DNA of 64,000 nucleotides from Balamuthia mandrillaris (taxonomy: Eukaryota). Within the stretch, counting starts at the first letter, position 1. Every line of letters begins with the position of its first letter. The translations under genes and the position numbers were made by a program. A model generated the notes under the pieces. It saw only the letters and a program-made list of their open reading frames with translations, was not told where the DNA came from and did no database searches. The DNA lies in contig JAVKOQ020000002.1 in NCBI GenBank assembly GCA_031835245.2, positions 558,001 through 622,000 on the forward strand, read 5' to 3'. Of the stretch, positions 34,444 to 46,484 are shown in pieces.

Positions 34444-35542
34444 TTAGGAGAGGTCGGCGGCCTTGATGAACTGCCTGAGGTCAAAGTTGATGGCGGTGCC
34501 GGGGGAGCCCGCCAGGGTGCCGCTCAATGGCGTCCTGGTGAAGGAGAGGGCCAGGGTGGCGGCGCGGCTGCTGCACACCTCCTCCTTGGCGCCCAGTTCA
34601 AAGTGGTCCTCATCCGATGAGACTGTTCGCCAAGCGAGCAGAGTGGAGAGGCGGAGGTGAGCACAAAGGGGAGCCGATGGTTAGGGAAAGGGGAGCGTTG
34701 GTAGGTGAGCGGAACGAGAGTGAATGGATAGAAGTTCAAAACGTACATTTGATGGTTTGCAGCCACCCAACAGCACAACGCTTCTTTAGCGTGAGCTCCT
34801 CACACTCAATGCTGGAAACATCCTCCTCCAGGCCCACTTTGTGGGTTACATGAATGAAAATGAGAAACGCAGGTCAAGAGGACGAGAGAACGAGAAGGAG
34901 AGGACGGTGTAAAGAGAACAAGAACAGATGCCGAGAGGTATGATAAGTGAGATGCTGCACAAGAGAATGTTGACAGTAAAGAAAAGGGACACCCAAAGGG
35001 GAGGAAAGATGCTTACGCTCAAAGGTCATGGTCGCCCAGAAGCAGTCCAAGCTGGCGAGATATTCCCGCCCATAGGAACTGGTTGCCGTGAGAGATTCGA
35101 AGCTTTGAGGAAGGTTGAGGTCGAAAGCTCCCGCTATGAGGACGCTAGCAGCACCGATCTCCCAGTGGCCTTCCACGTGGTGCCGCATGGCAAGACGAGA
35201 GCACACCGCGTCCTCAAAGTAATCTGTTTGGAGTTGAATCGAAACTGGCGTTAAATAACGTTCTAAGCAGGTAGAATAAGGCATACCAGTGTTGTACTCG
35301 TAAGAGCCATCCTTGTTGAACGTCACCACATCTTTTACCCAAAACGAATCTCTCCCAGCCTCACATCCCGTTTCAAACGATCCAGCGAGTACTTTTAACG
35401 TTTTTTGACATCACGTTTTAATGTTAACCCACTTTTTTTGTTACTTAGGGATAAAAAAAAGCGTCATACCGCTTACGTCAAGACCCTGGCAGGACGCAAT
35501 GAGCAACGCACCACAAATGAACGCCAGCAATTGAGCCTTCAT
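34444..35542 (-). CDS. Secreted protein, APCDD1-like domain (5 exons)
   Basis: Signal peptide MKAQLLAFICGALLIASCQG. Spliced LAGSFETGCEAGRDSFWVKDVVTFNKDGSYEYNT|DYFEDAVCSRLAMRHHVEGHWEIGAASVLIAGAFDLN. All introns GT-AG and frame-consistent. The domain call is by eye. Confidence 0.6.
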
Positions 35543-35794
35543 TTTGTCCTTTTCCCCCCTTTTGTCTCTCTCACCTACACTTTCTTTTAACGCTTGCGAC
35601 GCTTCAGAATCAAACCAAATAAGGAAGGTCTTTGCTGATTGGTCCAAACTAACCATTAGATTTGAAGGAGACGAGAGAGGACACGAGACACTTCATATGA
35701 TAAGAGAGTGGACACGAGCAAGGACGGGATCCATCACCTGAAACAAGCCCACCGGGCAGGAGAGTGAAACAAACAAGAAACAGGAAAAAAAAAG

Positions 35795-37405
35795 ATGAGA
35801 AGAACGTATGGTGTGCTCTCTTCTGTGGCTCTCAACCAACGTGAGCGTTTGTGTGGTCTGGATCCACGGACCACCTCTTTTGTGCTCTTTGTCACTGCCG
35901 CTCAGCGGTTGCCAACGCGCCACTACACCAAAGCAACTTCATCAACCTCCACGCAGACCACCACAACAACATGGGATTGCTGCCCGTTTTTTCCTCGCGT
36001 GGAAGGAAAGGCAAGAGAAGAAGATGAAAGAACCAATGGCGAAAAATGTTTGGTTGGAGGGGGAGAAACGTCGGCGGTGGTGGTGGTGGATCGTCCCTTG
36101 TACCCCGACAGGCCCAACTACGCCCATTACCTCACCATTTTCTCCAACCTGTGGCACAATGGTTATCACCTCCGCTGCCTTCTCTCGTTCTCTCTTCTAT
36201 TCTCCTCAGAACTTAGCTCTTCTTCTTGTTCTTGTTCTTCTTCTTCTTGTTCTTCTTCTTCCTCTTCCTCCTCCTCCTCCTCCTCCTCCTCCTCTTCACC
36301 TCTTCCTTATTCTTTCTTCTCCTGACCTTGTTGTTTGTTGCAAAAAAAAAAAACGAACAGCACAGCTGAGGGTATGCGCGGACGGCGGTGCCAACCGGGT
36401 GCACGCCCTCTCCAAAGAGAGCTATGTGCCCGATTTCATCATAGGGGACTTGGACTCTGCCAGGGATGACGTCTTGGACTATTACACCAACACCAAGGTT
36501 TGCCCTCTCAGTGTTTTCTCTCGTTATCCATAGTAGCTTCTTTCTTTCCTCTCCTGTGGTGTTTATTATGGTCGGCTGTTGCTGTTTGTTGACGGACAAA
36601 GAAATAACAACAGGGCACTCAATTGTTAAGAGTGGCAGAGCAGGAGACAACAGACCTCGATAAGTGCATACGTACCATTTGGGAACTCGAAAACAAACGC
36701 TCTGTACATGTACCATGTCTTCTTTTGTTTCCGCTTCTTTGCTTCATCTTCTACTCCTCCTCCATCTCCTTTAGATCTTGTCAGTTCTTGTTATATCCTT
36801 CGTTCGTGTTTCTTTCTCCTCCTTCCTTCTTCAACTTGAGGAGAACTGCTAAAAGCTTCTGCAAAAGTATAAATACATATACATATTCGGTGGATTTGGA
36901 GGTAACTTCACGCAAGAGCTATCCAACCTCAATGTGTTGTACAAGTACTCTCCCCGTAAATTGATTCTAGTTTCCCCGTTGAACGTTGGGTTTGTTCTTC
37001 ATCCTGGAAGACATGTCATCGTTGTGCCTCCTACCGGTATCTTTTCTTTCCTTCATATTGTTTGACTGTGATGACCGTCCCAAAAATTTTAACTTTGAAA
37101 TGATCACAGAGGTAATGGAGAGCACAAAGCCCATTCAATGTGGGCTTCTACCGATTGGAGGGTCCTGCGTAGGCATTACCACTTCAGGGCTGCGGTGGAA
37201 TCTAGGAGGTAATCGCTCATCTCGCCATCTCTCTTCCTTCGTGCTTTTCTCTAATGCTGTTTCAGATAACACGGAGCTACGGTTCGGCGGGTTGATCAGC
37301 ACTTCCAACGAGATTGCTGACAGGGACGGCAGAGTGGTCGTGAATACGCCCAACAACGTCTTTTGGACGTTGGACTTTCGGAAGTACCTGGCCATCACCC
37401 CATAG
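35795..37405 (+). CDS. TPK1: Thiamine pyrophosphokinase
   Basis: RVCADGGANR, PDFIIGDLDS, QETTDLDKC, CGLLPIG, TTSGLRWNL, FGGLISTSN. Confidence 0.92.
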
Positions 37406-37604
37406 CCTGCAATAAAACGAGTCTCAATATAATAGGTTGGTTTAATATCTTCTTCTAATATCAATATAATAGGTTCATCGTAAAGACAGAAAATAAAGGA
37501 TAATAGTATGTTCAATCGAGGATATTAGATTCCAAATATATTATGTTCCAGTGCGAAGTGGATTTAGGATAATAGGACAAGCAACAAAAAGGGGAGCAAA
37601 GAAG

Positions 37605-38215
37605 ATGGAAGAAGAGCAAGAAGCCATCAAGCGAAGGGCCATCGAGCTCGCCCGGCGGCACGTCGCCCACCACATCAGCTCCTCCGTGTTCTTGTACCAA
37701 CAGCAGGACCTGTTGCGGGCCTGCCCTCCGCCTCATGAAAATCCCCCTGGCGCCGACCCAGAAAGGGCCAAAGAGCAAAGCCAAGCCGTGGCGTTGCTTC
37801 AATCCCGCTGCGAGAAGCTGTGGGGTGAACTGGTGCGAAAGAAGAAAGAGCTGGAGTCGTTGGATGAACAAATAGTGGCAGCTGCGCAAGCTTCTCGTTC
37901 CTCTTCTTCGTCCTTGTCCTCGTCAACCGCATCAGGTAGCGGTGGTAGGCCGGTCATAGCAAATGATCATCTGCAAGAAAGGATGGCGCGGCTAAGGGGT
38001 GAGAACAGGAACAAAGGCAAGGAAAAGATGGACGATGCCTCTGTGGCCATGGATGTGGAGAAGGCAAAGCAAAGGGCGAAAGCCTCCGTAATGGAGGAGG
38101 AGGAGAGGTCCGCCACAGCAACCACCGAGCAGGCCGCTCGCGGCACGGAAGCAGCAGAGGAGGAAGAGATGGGACCACGACATATGCTTATGGAGGTAAT
38201 TTTTAATGGTTATTT

Positions 38216-38276
<61 letters not shown>

Positions 38277-38827
38277 TCTCTCTCTCCTTTGTTGTCTGAC
38301 ATGGAAGATGGCGGAGCACAGCGGCTAGCTATGTTGGAACTTAAGAAGCTTCAACTGGTCGCCGAGGTTGAACAAGCCAAGAAAGATACCACTGTAGAAA
38401 GTATGCTCTTTTCTCTTATTCTTTCTCTCTCTCTATTTCTTATTCATGTTTGCCAAATACAAGCGGAATCAGAGGAAGTGTTGAAAGCACGTTACGTGGA
38501 AATGGCCAAAGAGGACTTGAAGCAATTGAACGAGACTATGTCTTACATGCGCGACGAGATTGAGTACCAACGCGCCAGATTGGCAAGGTTCTTGTCTTCT
38601 TCTACTTAAGCCTATTCTCCACCGATTCCATCCTCCTATTCTACTCCTTCCTATTCTTTTTCTTCTCCTTCATCTTGTCTTACAGCTGCATTGCTTATTG
38701 GTTCTTTTAACCCACAGGGAACAACAAAGAGAAAGAGAAAATAAAGTAATCCACGAACAGCTTTTAGCTAAACTAGCACAGCAAGAAGAACAAGCCAGCA
38801 AGCTTCCTCCCAACCCCATCGCCTCAA

Positions 38828-38873
<46 letters not shown>

Positions 38874-39328
38874 GCCTCCGCTAACCTTCGTTCTCCGTAT
38901 CAAACAAAAAAAAAAGGATGCAGCAACTTTTGGCGAAGAAAAAACACTATGAACAACAAAACAGCAGGTGGACGAGAGAACTCATTCGCTTCATCGACAC
39001 CTACTATCCTGTCCCCGATAACGATGATGCTTCTTCCTTTATACCTTCTTCCCTTTCCTCTGCAAAACGAAACAAGAAAAAAGAGGAAGAAGAAGAAACG
39101 ACACCACAAGAGAAGAAGAAAGTATTGGCGTTGAAGGTATTGCTGCAGCACCTGATGGTCAAGTGCCAAACGAAAGAAGAAGCAGAAGAAGACTCGTCCT
39201 CGTACATGGACGTGAGCGATGAGGCGGTGTTTTGGCCGCCCTATGTGGAGCTGTTGGTCAGAAGCGGCGTTGTTCAGAAACATCCCGAGGATGGACGTCT
39301 CATTCGTCTTGTTCAGTTTCAGCGATGA
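37605..39328 (+). CDS. CENPK: Centromere protein K-like (coiled coil + CENP-K C-terminal domain)
   Basis: C-terminus FWPPYVELLVRSGVVQKHPEDGRLIRLVQF matches the CENP-K signature FWPPYVELLLRNGIALRHPED..RIRL..F. Confidence 0.82.
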
Positions 39329-39365
39329 CCTCATTAAACAAAAGATTACATGTAACTGGAGATCT

Positions 39366-39398
<33 letters not shown>

Positions 39399-39582
39399 AA
39401 CCTTGACAGACAAATGAAAGAAAGTGGATTGAAGCTGGAAGAGTGTTAATCAAAGATTGAAAAATAAATAAATCACAGGTTTCAAACAACAAAAGGAAAC
39501 AAAAAAAAGAGGAGAGTGAAAAAGGCATCCACCCTCTTCGTTGATGAAGAATTTAAAAAAAAAAGAAGTGGGGAAGAAGAGA

Positions 39583-39915
39583 CTATCTCTTCTTGAAGCC
39601 ATATTTTTTCCTCTCGTAGAAGAGATCGGTCTTGGAGCTTCCCAAGTTCACGATTTTAGGACAGCCGTCTCTGTCCTTCTCCAGTATGGTACATTCCTTA
39701 CAGTAGTAGGCGTCCGAGATGCCAGGAGCTCCGCAGATGACGCACCTGCCCTGGTAGGAGCCGTAGTTGCACTCGTCGCAGATGCGAACGAGCGTGCAGG
39801 GTCGCACGTAGCTGTCGCAGATGACGCACTTGCCGTCGCACTTCTCGCACAACCGGCCGATGGCGATGCCCGGTTGCTTGCGGCACATGATCAAGTCGGG
39901 GTGATGCTTCGCCAT
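39583..39915 (-). CDS. PHF5A: PHD finger-like SF3b subunit PHF5A/Rds3 (intronless, 110 aa)
   Basis: [39 protein letters not shown]...[14 protein letters not shown], near-canonical sequence. Confidence 0.98.
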   Translation of the reverse strand: MAKHHPDLIMCRKQPGIAIGRLCEKCDGKCVICDSYVRPCTLVRICDECNYGSYQGRCVICGAPGISDAYYCKECTILEKDRDGCPKIVNLGSSKTDLFYERKKYGFKKR

Positions 39916-40320
39916 GTTTGTTCCTCTTTGTGTGCGGACGTTGATCACCGGCTTGAAGGATAAGAATACGAAGACGAAGACCAAGCAGCAAGCCTTCCGC
40001 CCCCCTTTTTTTTTGCTTTTTCTTTTACTTTTTTCTACTATCACCCCTCATGCGGTCTGTTATGAATCAACCCTCAGGTTAGCAGCAATGACGTCACATC
40101 GAGGAGCAGGTTTGCTGCAATGTTTGTGCACACGAATTTTATGCTTATTCTTCTTTTGTTCTTCTTCTTTTCTTCTTCTTCTTCTTCTTCTTCTTCTTCT
40201 TCTTCTTCTTCTTCTTCTTCTTCTTCTTCTTCCTCCTCCTCTTGTTATTATTCTTCCTCTTTTGGCCAGATTCTAAAGTTATTTACAACGTTTATTGTTC
40301 TGTTCGGTCCTACAAAGTGT

Positions 40321-41118
40321 TCAAAACAAGAGACAAGAAGAAGGACTTGGGCTGCGAATGCCCGCTACGGAGGTAATCCTTCTCATTCTGCTGCGGATTG
40401 CCCTCGCCTGCTCTTCCTTGTCTTCCTCTTCTGCGGGATCGCTGCCATCTTCCGGCACTCCTCGACAGAGCCTCATCTCTCGGATCATCTCTGCAAAGGC
40501 TTCATTCACGTTCTCACCGGTTCTGGCACTGGCTTCCACGAACCTCGCTCCCATCTCTCTGGCCAAGTCCCGGCCTTCCTCCGTGGAGACCTGCCTCCAT
40601 CCCTCCATGTCGCACTTGTTGGCGACCAAGGTCAAGGGCACTCCCTTCGCCTTCTGCGTTTCCTCAATTTGCTCTGGCAGGTCCTTCACGCGAAGAATCT
40701 GCCTGTAGAAGCTCGTCATCTCCTCAAAGGTGCTCCTGCAGGTGATATCATAGACGAGCATAAAGCCTTCCGCCGAGTGGATGTACTGATCCCTCAGTGA
40801 GGAGAACTCCTCCTGTCCTGCGGTATCCAGCACTTCCAACAGCACCACCCGTTTATCCACTTGCAGCTGTTGCTTGTAGGAGTCCTCAATGGTAGGATCG
40901 TAGAGCTCAACAAACTGGCCACGCACCATCTGGATGGTTAGACAGGACTTGCCAACGCCACCAGGGCCGAGCACCGCCACCCCAAAGTGGCTGTGATGGC
41001 TCCAACAGCTGCCACCGCGATGCCTTCTCGGAGAGGACTCCGTTGGTTTCTGATGTTGTATTTCCGAAGGGTCTTGCCTGGGCTCTTTGGGTTTGTGGGG
41101 AAGGAGCAGCTTCGGCAT
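40321..41118 (-). CDS. Ras-family GTPase with N-terminal extension (intronless; start uncertain)
   Basis: [32 protein letters not shown], CaaX CLLF. Confidence 0.9.
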   Translation of the reverse strand: MPKLLLPHKPKEPRQDPSEIQHQKPTESSPRRHRGGSCWSHHSHFGVAVLGPGGVGKSCLTIQMVRGQFVELYDPTIEDSYKQQLQVDKRVVLLEVLDTAGQEEFSSLRDQYIHSAEGFMLVYDITCRSTFEEMTSFYRQILRVKDLPEQIEETQKAKGVPLTLVANKCDMEGWRQVSTEEGRDLAREMGARFVEASARTGENVNEAFAEMIREMRLCRGVPEDGSDPAEEEDKEEQARAIRSRMRRITSVAGIRSPSPSSCLLF

Positions 41119-41628
41119 GGTGTGTTGCTTGCTTGGCTCCTTGCTGCTCTGCGTGGTCGTCCCCTGTAGATTGCCTGCTCTGGCTGGGTTCTGAAGTTTC
41201 TCGAAGATGTTTTTTTTTTTGGTAACCTCCTCAACTTTCAGGTATCTTGTGGAATGGACTCGTCCCTTTTTTTGGTCATGCCTGACGTACTTTCCCGCGT
41301 TGTCATTGGACGGTTCTTGTCTGTGCACCAATGCGCAATTCACTCGGCTGAGGGTTGGCGGCCTCAAAGAACAAAAGAGAGAGGGAGCAAAGGGGGAGCG
41401 AGAGAGAAGAGAGCACACAAAAGTGAGAAAAGGTGGAGTGGTTTTGCTTCAGAAAAGCTGCTTTTTTTTTACAAAACTGAATAAACTAAGTCAACAAAAA
41501 CAAAAAGATGCGATGAGAGAAGAACAAGAAACAAAGGAGGGGGCCTTCAGCATCATTTTTTCCAATGTGAAGCCACAATAAAAAAATAACAGTACTTTTT
41601 TTTGTAAAATGATGGGGGTGCGTGTGGC

Positions 41629-42328
41629 TTAGAACAAGTTGCACTTGCCCCTCTTCTTCTGCTGGACAGGAAGAGGGTGGGCTTCCCTGAACTTGTTGAT
41701 CATGCGTACGAGCTCGTAGAAGATTTCGTTGACGTTGACCTTGTTCTTGGCGGAAGCTTCCATGAAGCCCATGCCGTGCTTATCGGCCAAGGCCTTGCCC
41801 TGCTCGGTGGTGACCTCCCTTATGTCCTCCAAATCCACTTTGTTGCCGACCAACATGATGGGGATGTCGGGGGTGCCCTCTTTGATGCGGAGGATGTCTT
41901 TGCGGATGTTTTCTACGTGTTCGAAGGAAGAGGGAGAGGTGATGCTGTAGATGAGAACGAAGCCATTGCCGTCCTTCATGTAGCTGTCTCGAAGTGCGCG
42001 GTACTCTTCTTGACCGGCCGTATCCATGATGTCCAGCACGCAAGACTGTCCATCAACCTCACACTCCTTCCGATAACCTGGTATTTTTGAGCAAAGTCGG
42101 AGATTAGATTTTTGATTTTCATCCCACAAAAAAAAAAAAAAACGAAATGGGCAGATGGAAAAAAAAAACTTGGTTTCGAAACGTACTGTCTTCGATGGTG
42201 GGATCGTATTTTTCAACAAAGTTGCCTTGGATGAAGCGGACCGTGATGGCAGATTTTCCGACACCACCAGCGCCGACCACGACCATTCGGTACTCGTTCA
42301 ATCTTCCTCCCTTTGTTTTGGCTGACAT
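41629..42328 (-). CDS. Ras/Rap-family GTPase (2 exons)
   Basis: [36 protein letters not shown], CaaX CNLF. Confidence 0.95.
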
Positions 42329-43962
42329 TTTGCTCTTTGTGTGTGTGGACTTGGGTTTTTTTTTTGCGAGTTTGTTTGTGAATAAAAAAAATAATAATAA
42401 AAACAGTGGTCGTAAAAGCCAGAGAAAATGGAGAGAGAAAAAAAAAAGAGAGAGAGAAAAGAGGAGTCACACCCCGCGCGCGCGCACGCAAAGGGAAAAC
42501 AACGTGACACAAAAATCTGCTGTTGTACAATTTTTTTTTTGGTGGTTTGTCGGTCGGCGCCGCAAACAGACAGCAGAAAAAATGAGGTACAACAGGGGAA
42601 AATAATAATATTTGAAAGGAACGACAAGAAAAAAGAACCAAAAAAAAAGTACAAAGGGAGCAAAAAGGAAGGAAGTAGCGCGAAGTACCTTGTACAATAC
42701 AACTAAACGGGTGCGCAAAGGTGAAAAAAAGACAAGAGAAAGTGCGAGAGGCGATAAATAAATAAACTACGTTACAAAGAAATAGAGTGTGCAGGTTCCG
42801 CTAACGCGTTTTGTTTGGAGAGAAAAATAAATGGGTACCTATTTTTGTTGCCCAGAAAATTTCAGACAACCAAAACGCAGAAAAAAATGCGTTCATCGCT
42901 TTCCCTGCAACCGCGATTAATTAAACCCTTTTTTGGATTTAATTAACAACCGTTCATTGGTTCCGGAGTTTATGCCTTCCAAAAATGTCTATTGCTGTAG
43001 ACACCGAAATTCTATTTCTGTGGCTTTTCGGGTGTACATCGTGACGACATGGTTTCGAAAATGCGCTGAGAAGAGTGGGCTTTCGGGGGCGGTCAAACTG
43101 CGGGTTCGGATACGTGAAGAAACGGACAGATAAGCCCCGCCTTTGCGTTACGCAGGAGAGAGATGAGACATGACTCTCCAGATGGCTGTCAGCAAAAGAA
43201 CGAACGGTAAAACAGATTAAGGAAAAAGTGGAGAAGAGAAACAAATGCTATGACGCTCGAACAGGGTTTAAACTTACGTGGAAACCAACTTGCTTGGAAA
43301 CACGCAGGAGTTGAGCTCGCTTCTCCATCCACATCAACACTACCACTATCACGGATTCCCTCCAACTTGCTTCGGGGCAGGCGGAGAATTCCTTCCGTTT
43401 GTAACATGTCCATCTAATGGAGTGTTCCAAGAGTGGCTGCTAGGTTCCTCATGAGTTCTTCCTCTTGGTGTTGCTGCTGCTCCTGAAGGCGGCAGTGGTG
43501 CCCTGCCCCGGTCAAAGTGATGTCTGCCAATTCTCTTCTTTTTTGACTTGACGGATGCAACCTGAAAGATAGAATTTGTGGTAATGTTGTTTCTTCGAGT
43601 TGTTTGTGAAAACGTGGAAAAAGAAATTTTACCTTCAAGCAGTAACGGTCAGTTTTCACTCCCAAAGCATCTGTTTCACCAACCGCCAAATCGCCTGGAA
43701 GCTTTGCCAAGAGTCCATTGGTCCGGCACATCACTCTCATCTCCATTCTTCCAATATCCTTTTTATTCCTGTGTCCCACCCAACATCTCTTTTTTGTGGG
43801 CCATCTGCTGCTGCTATCCTGTGCAGTAGTAGGACGACACAAATACTTCAGGAGTGTTTGTGCGCATACCTTGTAGACCAAACAGTTTTTTTTTGTTGTT
43901 GAAAAAACGTTAAAAAGATTGCAAAGCGAAGAAGAAGAACAGAAGAGATTTTGTTTTGTTAT

Positions 43963-45554
43963 CTAGCAGAGTTGTACAAAGTTGGAGGGGAAGTAGCCAA
44001 CGACGCCGTTGAGGTCGCCCTGCCACCAACCAGAGGGATCCGTATCATCAAGGATGGTGATGATGTCTCCCTCTCGGAAGGGCAGGTCGGTCGCCGTCTC
44101 CCCGGCATAGTCATAGAGAGCACGACAGGTCTTTGCAGCTTCGGCATATCCTTCTCCTCCTTCGTAGTATCCGCCTTCACCTTCGTAGTAGCCCTCACCC
44201 TCATAACCACCTTCTCCCTCGTAATAACCCTCTCCGTAGCCTTCGCCCTCATAACCGCCTTCTCCCTCGTAATAACCCTCGTCATAACCCTCATCATAGC
44301 CACCCTCGCCATACCCACCTTCATCATAGCCACCTTCATTCCATTGTTGTTCTTGAGCAGGTGGTGCAGCTGGAGCAGGTGCTGGAGCGGGTGCAGGGGG
44401 AGCAGGAGCAGGGGCAGAGGGCTTGTAGGATGGAGCAGGAACAGGAGGAGGAGCCTGCTTGGGAGCAGAGTAAGAAGGAGTGGGAGCCGGGGCAGAGTAA
44501 GAAGGAGCAGGAGCCGGAGCAGGAGCTTGCTTGGGAGCAGAGTAAGAAGGAGTGGGAGCGGGGGCAGAGTAAGAAGGAGCGGGAGCGGGAGCAGAGTAAG
44601 GAGCAGGGGCAGGCGCCGAGCGAGAAGGAGCAGAAGCAGGGGCGGCTGCTCTGGATGGGCGGTATTCGGGCTCCGGGGCAGGTTGTTCCACCTCCCACGG
44701 CTTTGGTTGTGCTGCATCATTATGGTTAAACCAAAGTTAGCGATTTATGAGCACAAGGAATAGAAGCAGGGAGAGAGACGAGAAGGGAGAGAGCAGAGCG
44801 AAGAGAGAAAGAGAGATAAGATAGCAGTCAAAGCAATAAAAATAGACAAGTGCACATACGCGCAGAGCTGAACTTGGAGGCAACGTTGGACACTTTGCCG
44901 GGGGCCTGGGCATCTTGGGCAGGGCTCCATGACTTGAAGGAGGAGTGCGTTTGCTTTATGTTCTGCTCCTCCACGGAGGAAGCAGAACCACGTTGCACGA
45001 CGACTTCTTTGGGGATACCAAACTTTTGCTCTCGTTCTTTGTCGAGCTCATCCCGCAGTTTCTTTTTGGAATCAAATTTTGAAAAAAAAAGAGTAAATAT
45101 TTTGGCTTCGAATAAAGAATAAAGAGAGGAAAAGGAAGAAAGGAGTGGTACCCTTGCGGCGTTGGCTGCGCTGACGATTTCTTCTTTTTTGGTGCCCTCT
45201 TTGATGGTTTCTGCGTTCTAAAAAACATTCCAAAAACCAACAAAAAAAGGTGACGGTTTGTTTTTGTTTTCAATCTTTTGATTCTTCAACAAAAAAAAAA
45301 GAGTGGTCATATACCTCAAAGTCAGGATCGGTGTCCCAATCGTCATCAGCAGCACCCTTTTCAAAAGAGTATATTTTTTAGAAAAAAAAAAGCAATGAAA
45401 CGAAATGGTCACAATAACAAAAATAAAATCAAAGGTGTTACAGCGAATCAATCAATCAACAAAAAAAAAAATCAAGAAATTTAGTCGTTGTCCCCATTAA
45501 AATACAACGTACTTGAGCCCAAGGATCTTCGTCGGGCGCTTTGAACATGGACAT
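43963..45554 (-). CDS. Cortactin/HS1-like protein: acidic DDW motif, Pro- and Tyr/Gly/Glu-rich linker, C-terminal SH3 (5 exons)
   Basis: Spliced MSMFKAPDEDPWAQ|GAADDDWDTDPDFE|NAET..ANAAR|KLRDEL..KFGI..KVSNVASKF..; SH3 ALYDY..DLPFREGDII..GWWQG..GYFPSNFV. Confidence 0.8.
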
Positions 45555-45800
45555 TGTGGCTTGGTGGTGGTGTTTGTCGTTACGTTCAGCTTTTTTTTTT
45601 GTTGGTTTGGTTGGTTGCCGCAACGAGAACGAAAGCGTGAAAAAAAAATTATTGTTTCGTCGGTATTGCCTCCGCCTTAATTTTATTTTCGCACCTTAAA
45701 ATGATTAATTGTCGACGATCCAAGCTCGTAAAAGGAAAATTTTTGTATATTAACCTAATAGGCTAACCCCTTTTTTTTTTTTTCTGGTGGTGAAGTACAT

Positions 45801-46484
45801 TCACTTGCTCGATTCAGCAACGGTATCTCCCTCGGAAGGAGCCACGTTGTCCGAGAGAGGGACGCCTCTCTCCTCATCCATAGTCCCTTCCATCCCCTCC
45901 CCCTCTCTGAAAAAGGTGTTCACGGCAGCGTGCGTGGCATAGTTCATCAGCGTGGACTTGCCCTTCTTCCCCTTCTTGCCCTTCTTTTGTTTCTTGCCTC
46001 CCCCGCCAGAAGAATGGTCAAGAAAGGGCACGCCGCCACCGGTACCAGCACCACTGCCGCCACCATGGAGATGTCCCGTGGCTGCATAGTTTTGAGCAAG
46101 AGTCACCGCGCCAGCCACCGCCTCTCCCAACACTTGCTTCAGGGGTTTCTGTCCAGGAGGATAAGCTTGTCCTGGCGGATGTTGTTGATAGGGAGCGTTG
46201 TAGTAAGGTTGTTGTGGTTGTCCGCCACCAGCATAATAAGCAGGAGGGGCAGAGTGTTGATACCCTCCTGGAGCACCACCAGGGGGAGGAGGATAAGGAT
46301 AAGAAGAAGGAGAAGCAGCAGGAGGATAGCCGCCAGGAACGTGAAGTGGACCCATGAGGTCTGGGGGAGGAGGAGGGGCTGCCCCTGCAGGAGGAGGATA
46401 GGCCGCCGCCGATGATGACCCATAGTAAGGATTCTGTGGGGCAGGGGGGCAAAGCCCCGTTGAATAATAGTTCTGGGGTTGCAT
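45801..46484 (-). CDS. Pro/Gly/Tyr/Gln-rich hypothetical protein
   Basis: Uninterrupted coding-like ORF, low-complexity PPxY/YPP-rich N-half and a Lys-rich patch. Confidence 0.6.
   Translation of the reverse strand: MQPQNYYSTGLCPPAPQNPYYGSSSAAAYPPPAGAAPPPPPDLMGPLHVPGGYPPAASPSSYPYPPPPGGAPGGYQHSAPPAYYAGGGQPQQPYYNAPYQQHPPGQAYPPGQKPLKQVLGEAVAGAVTLAQNYAATGHLHGGGSGAGTGGGVPFLDHSSGGGGKKQKKGKKGKKGKSTLMNYATHAAVNTFFREGEGMEGTMDEERGVPLSDNVAPSEGDTVAESSK

Noticed and set aside
43340..43746. Possible two-exon minus-strand gene
   Set aside because: There is a plausible GT-AG intron but no recognisable domain and weak coding signal, so I cannot support it.
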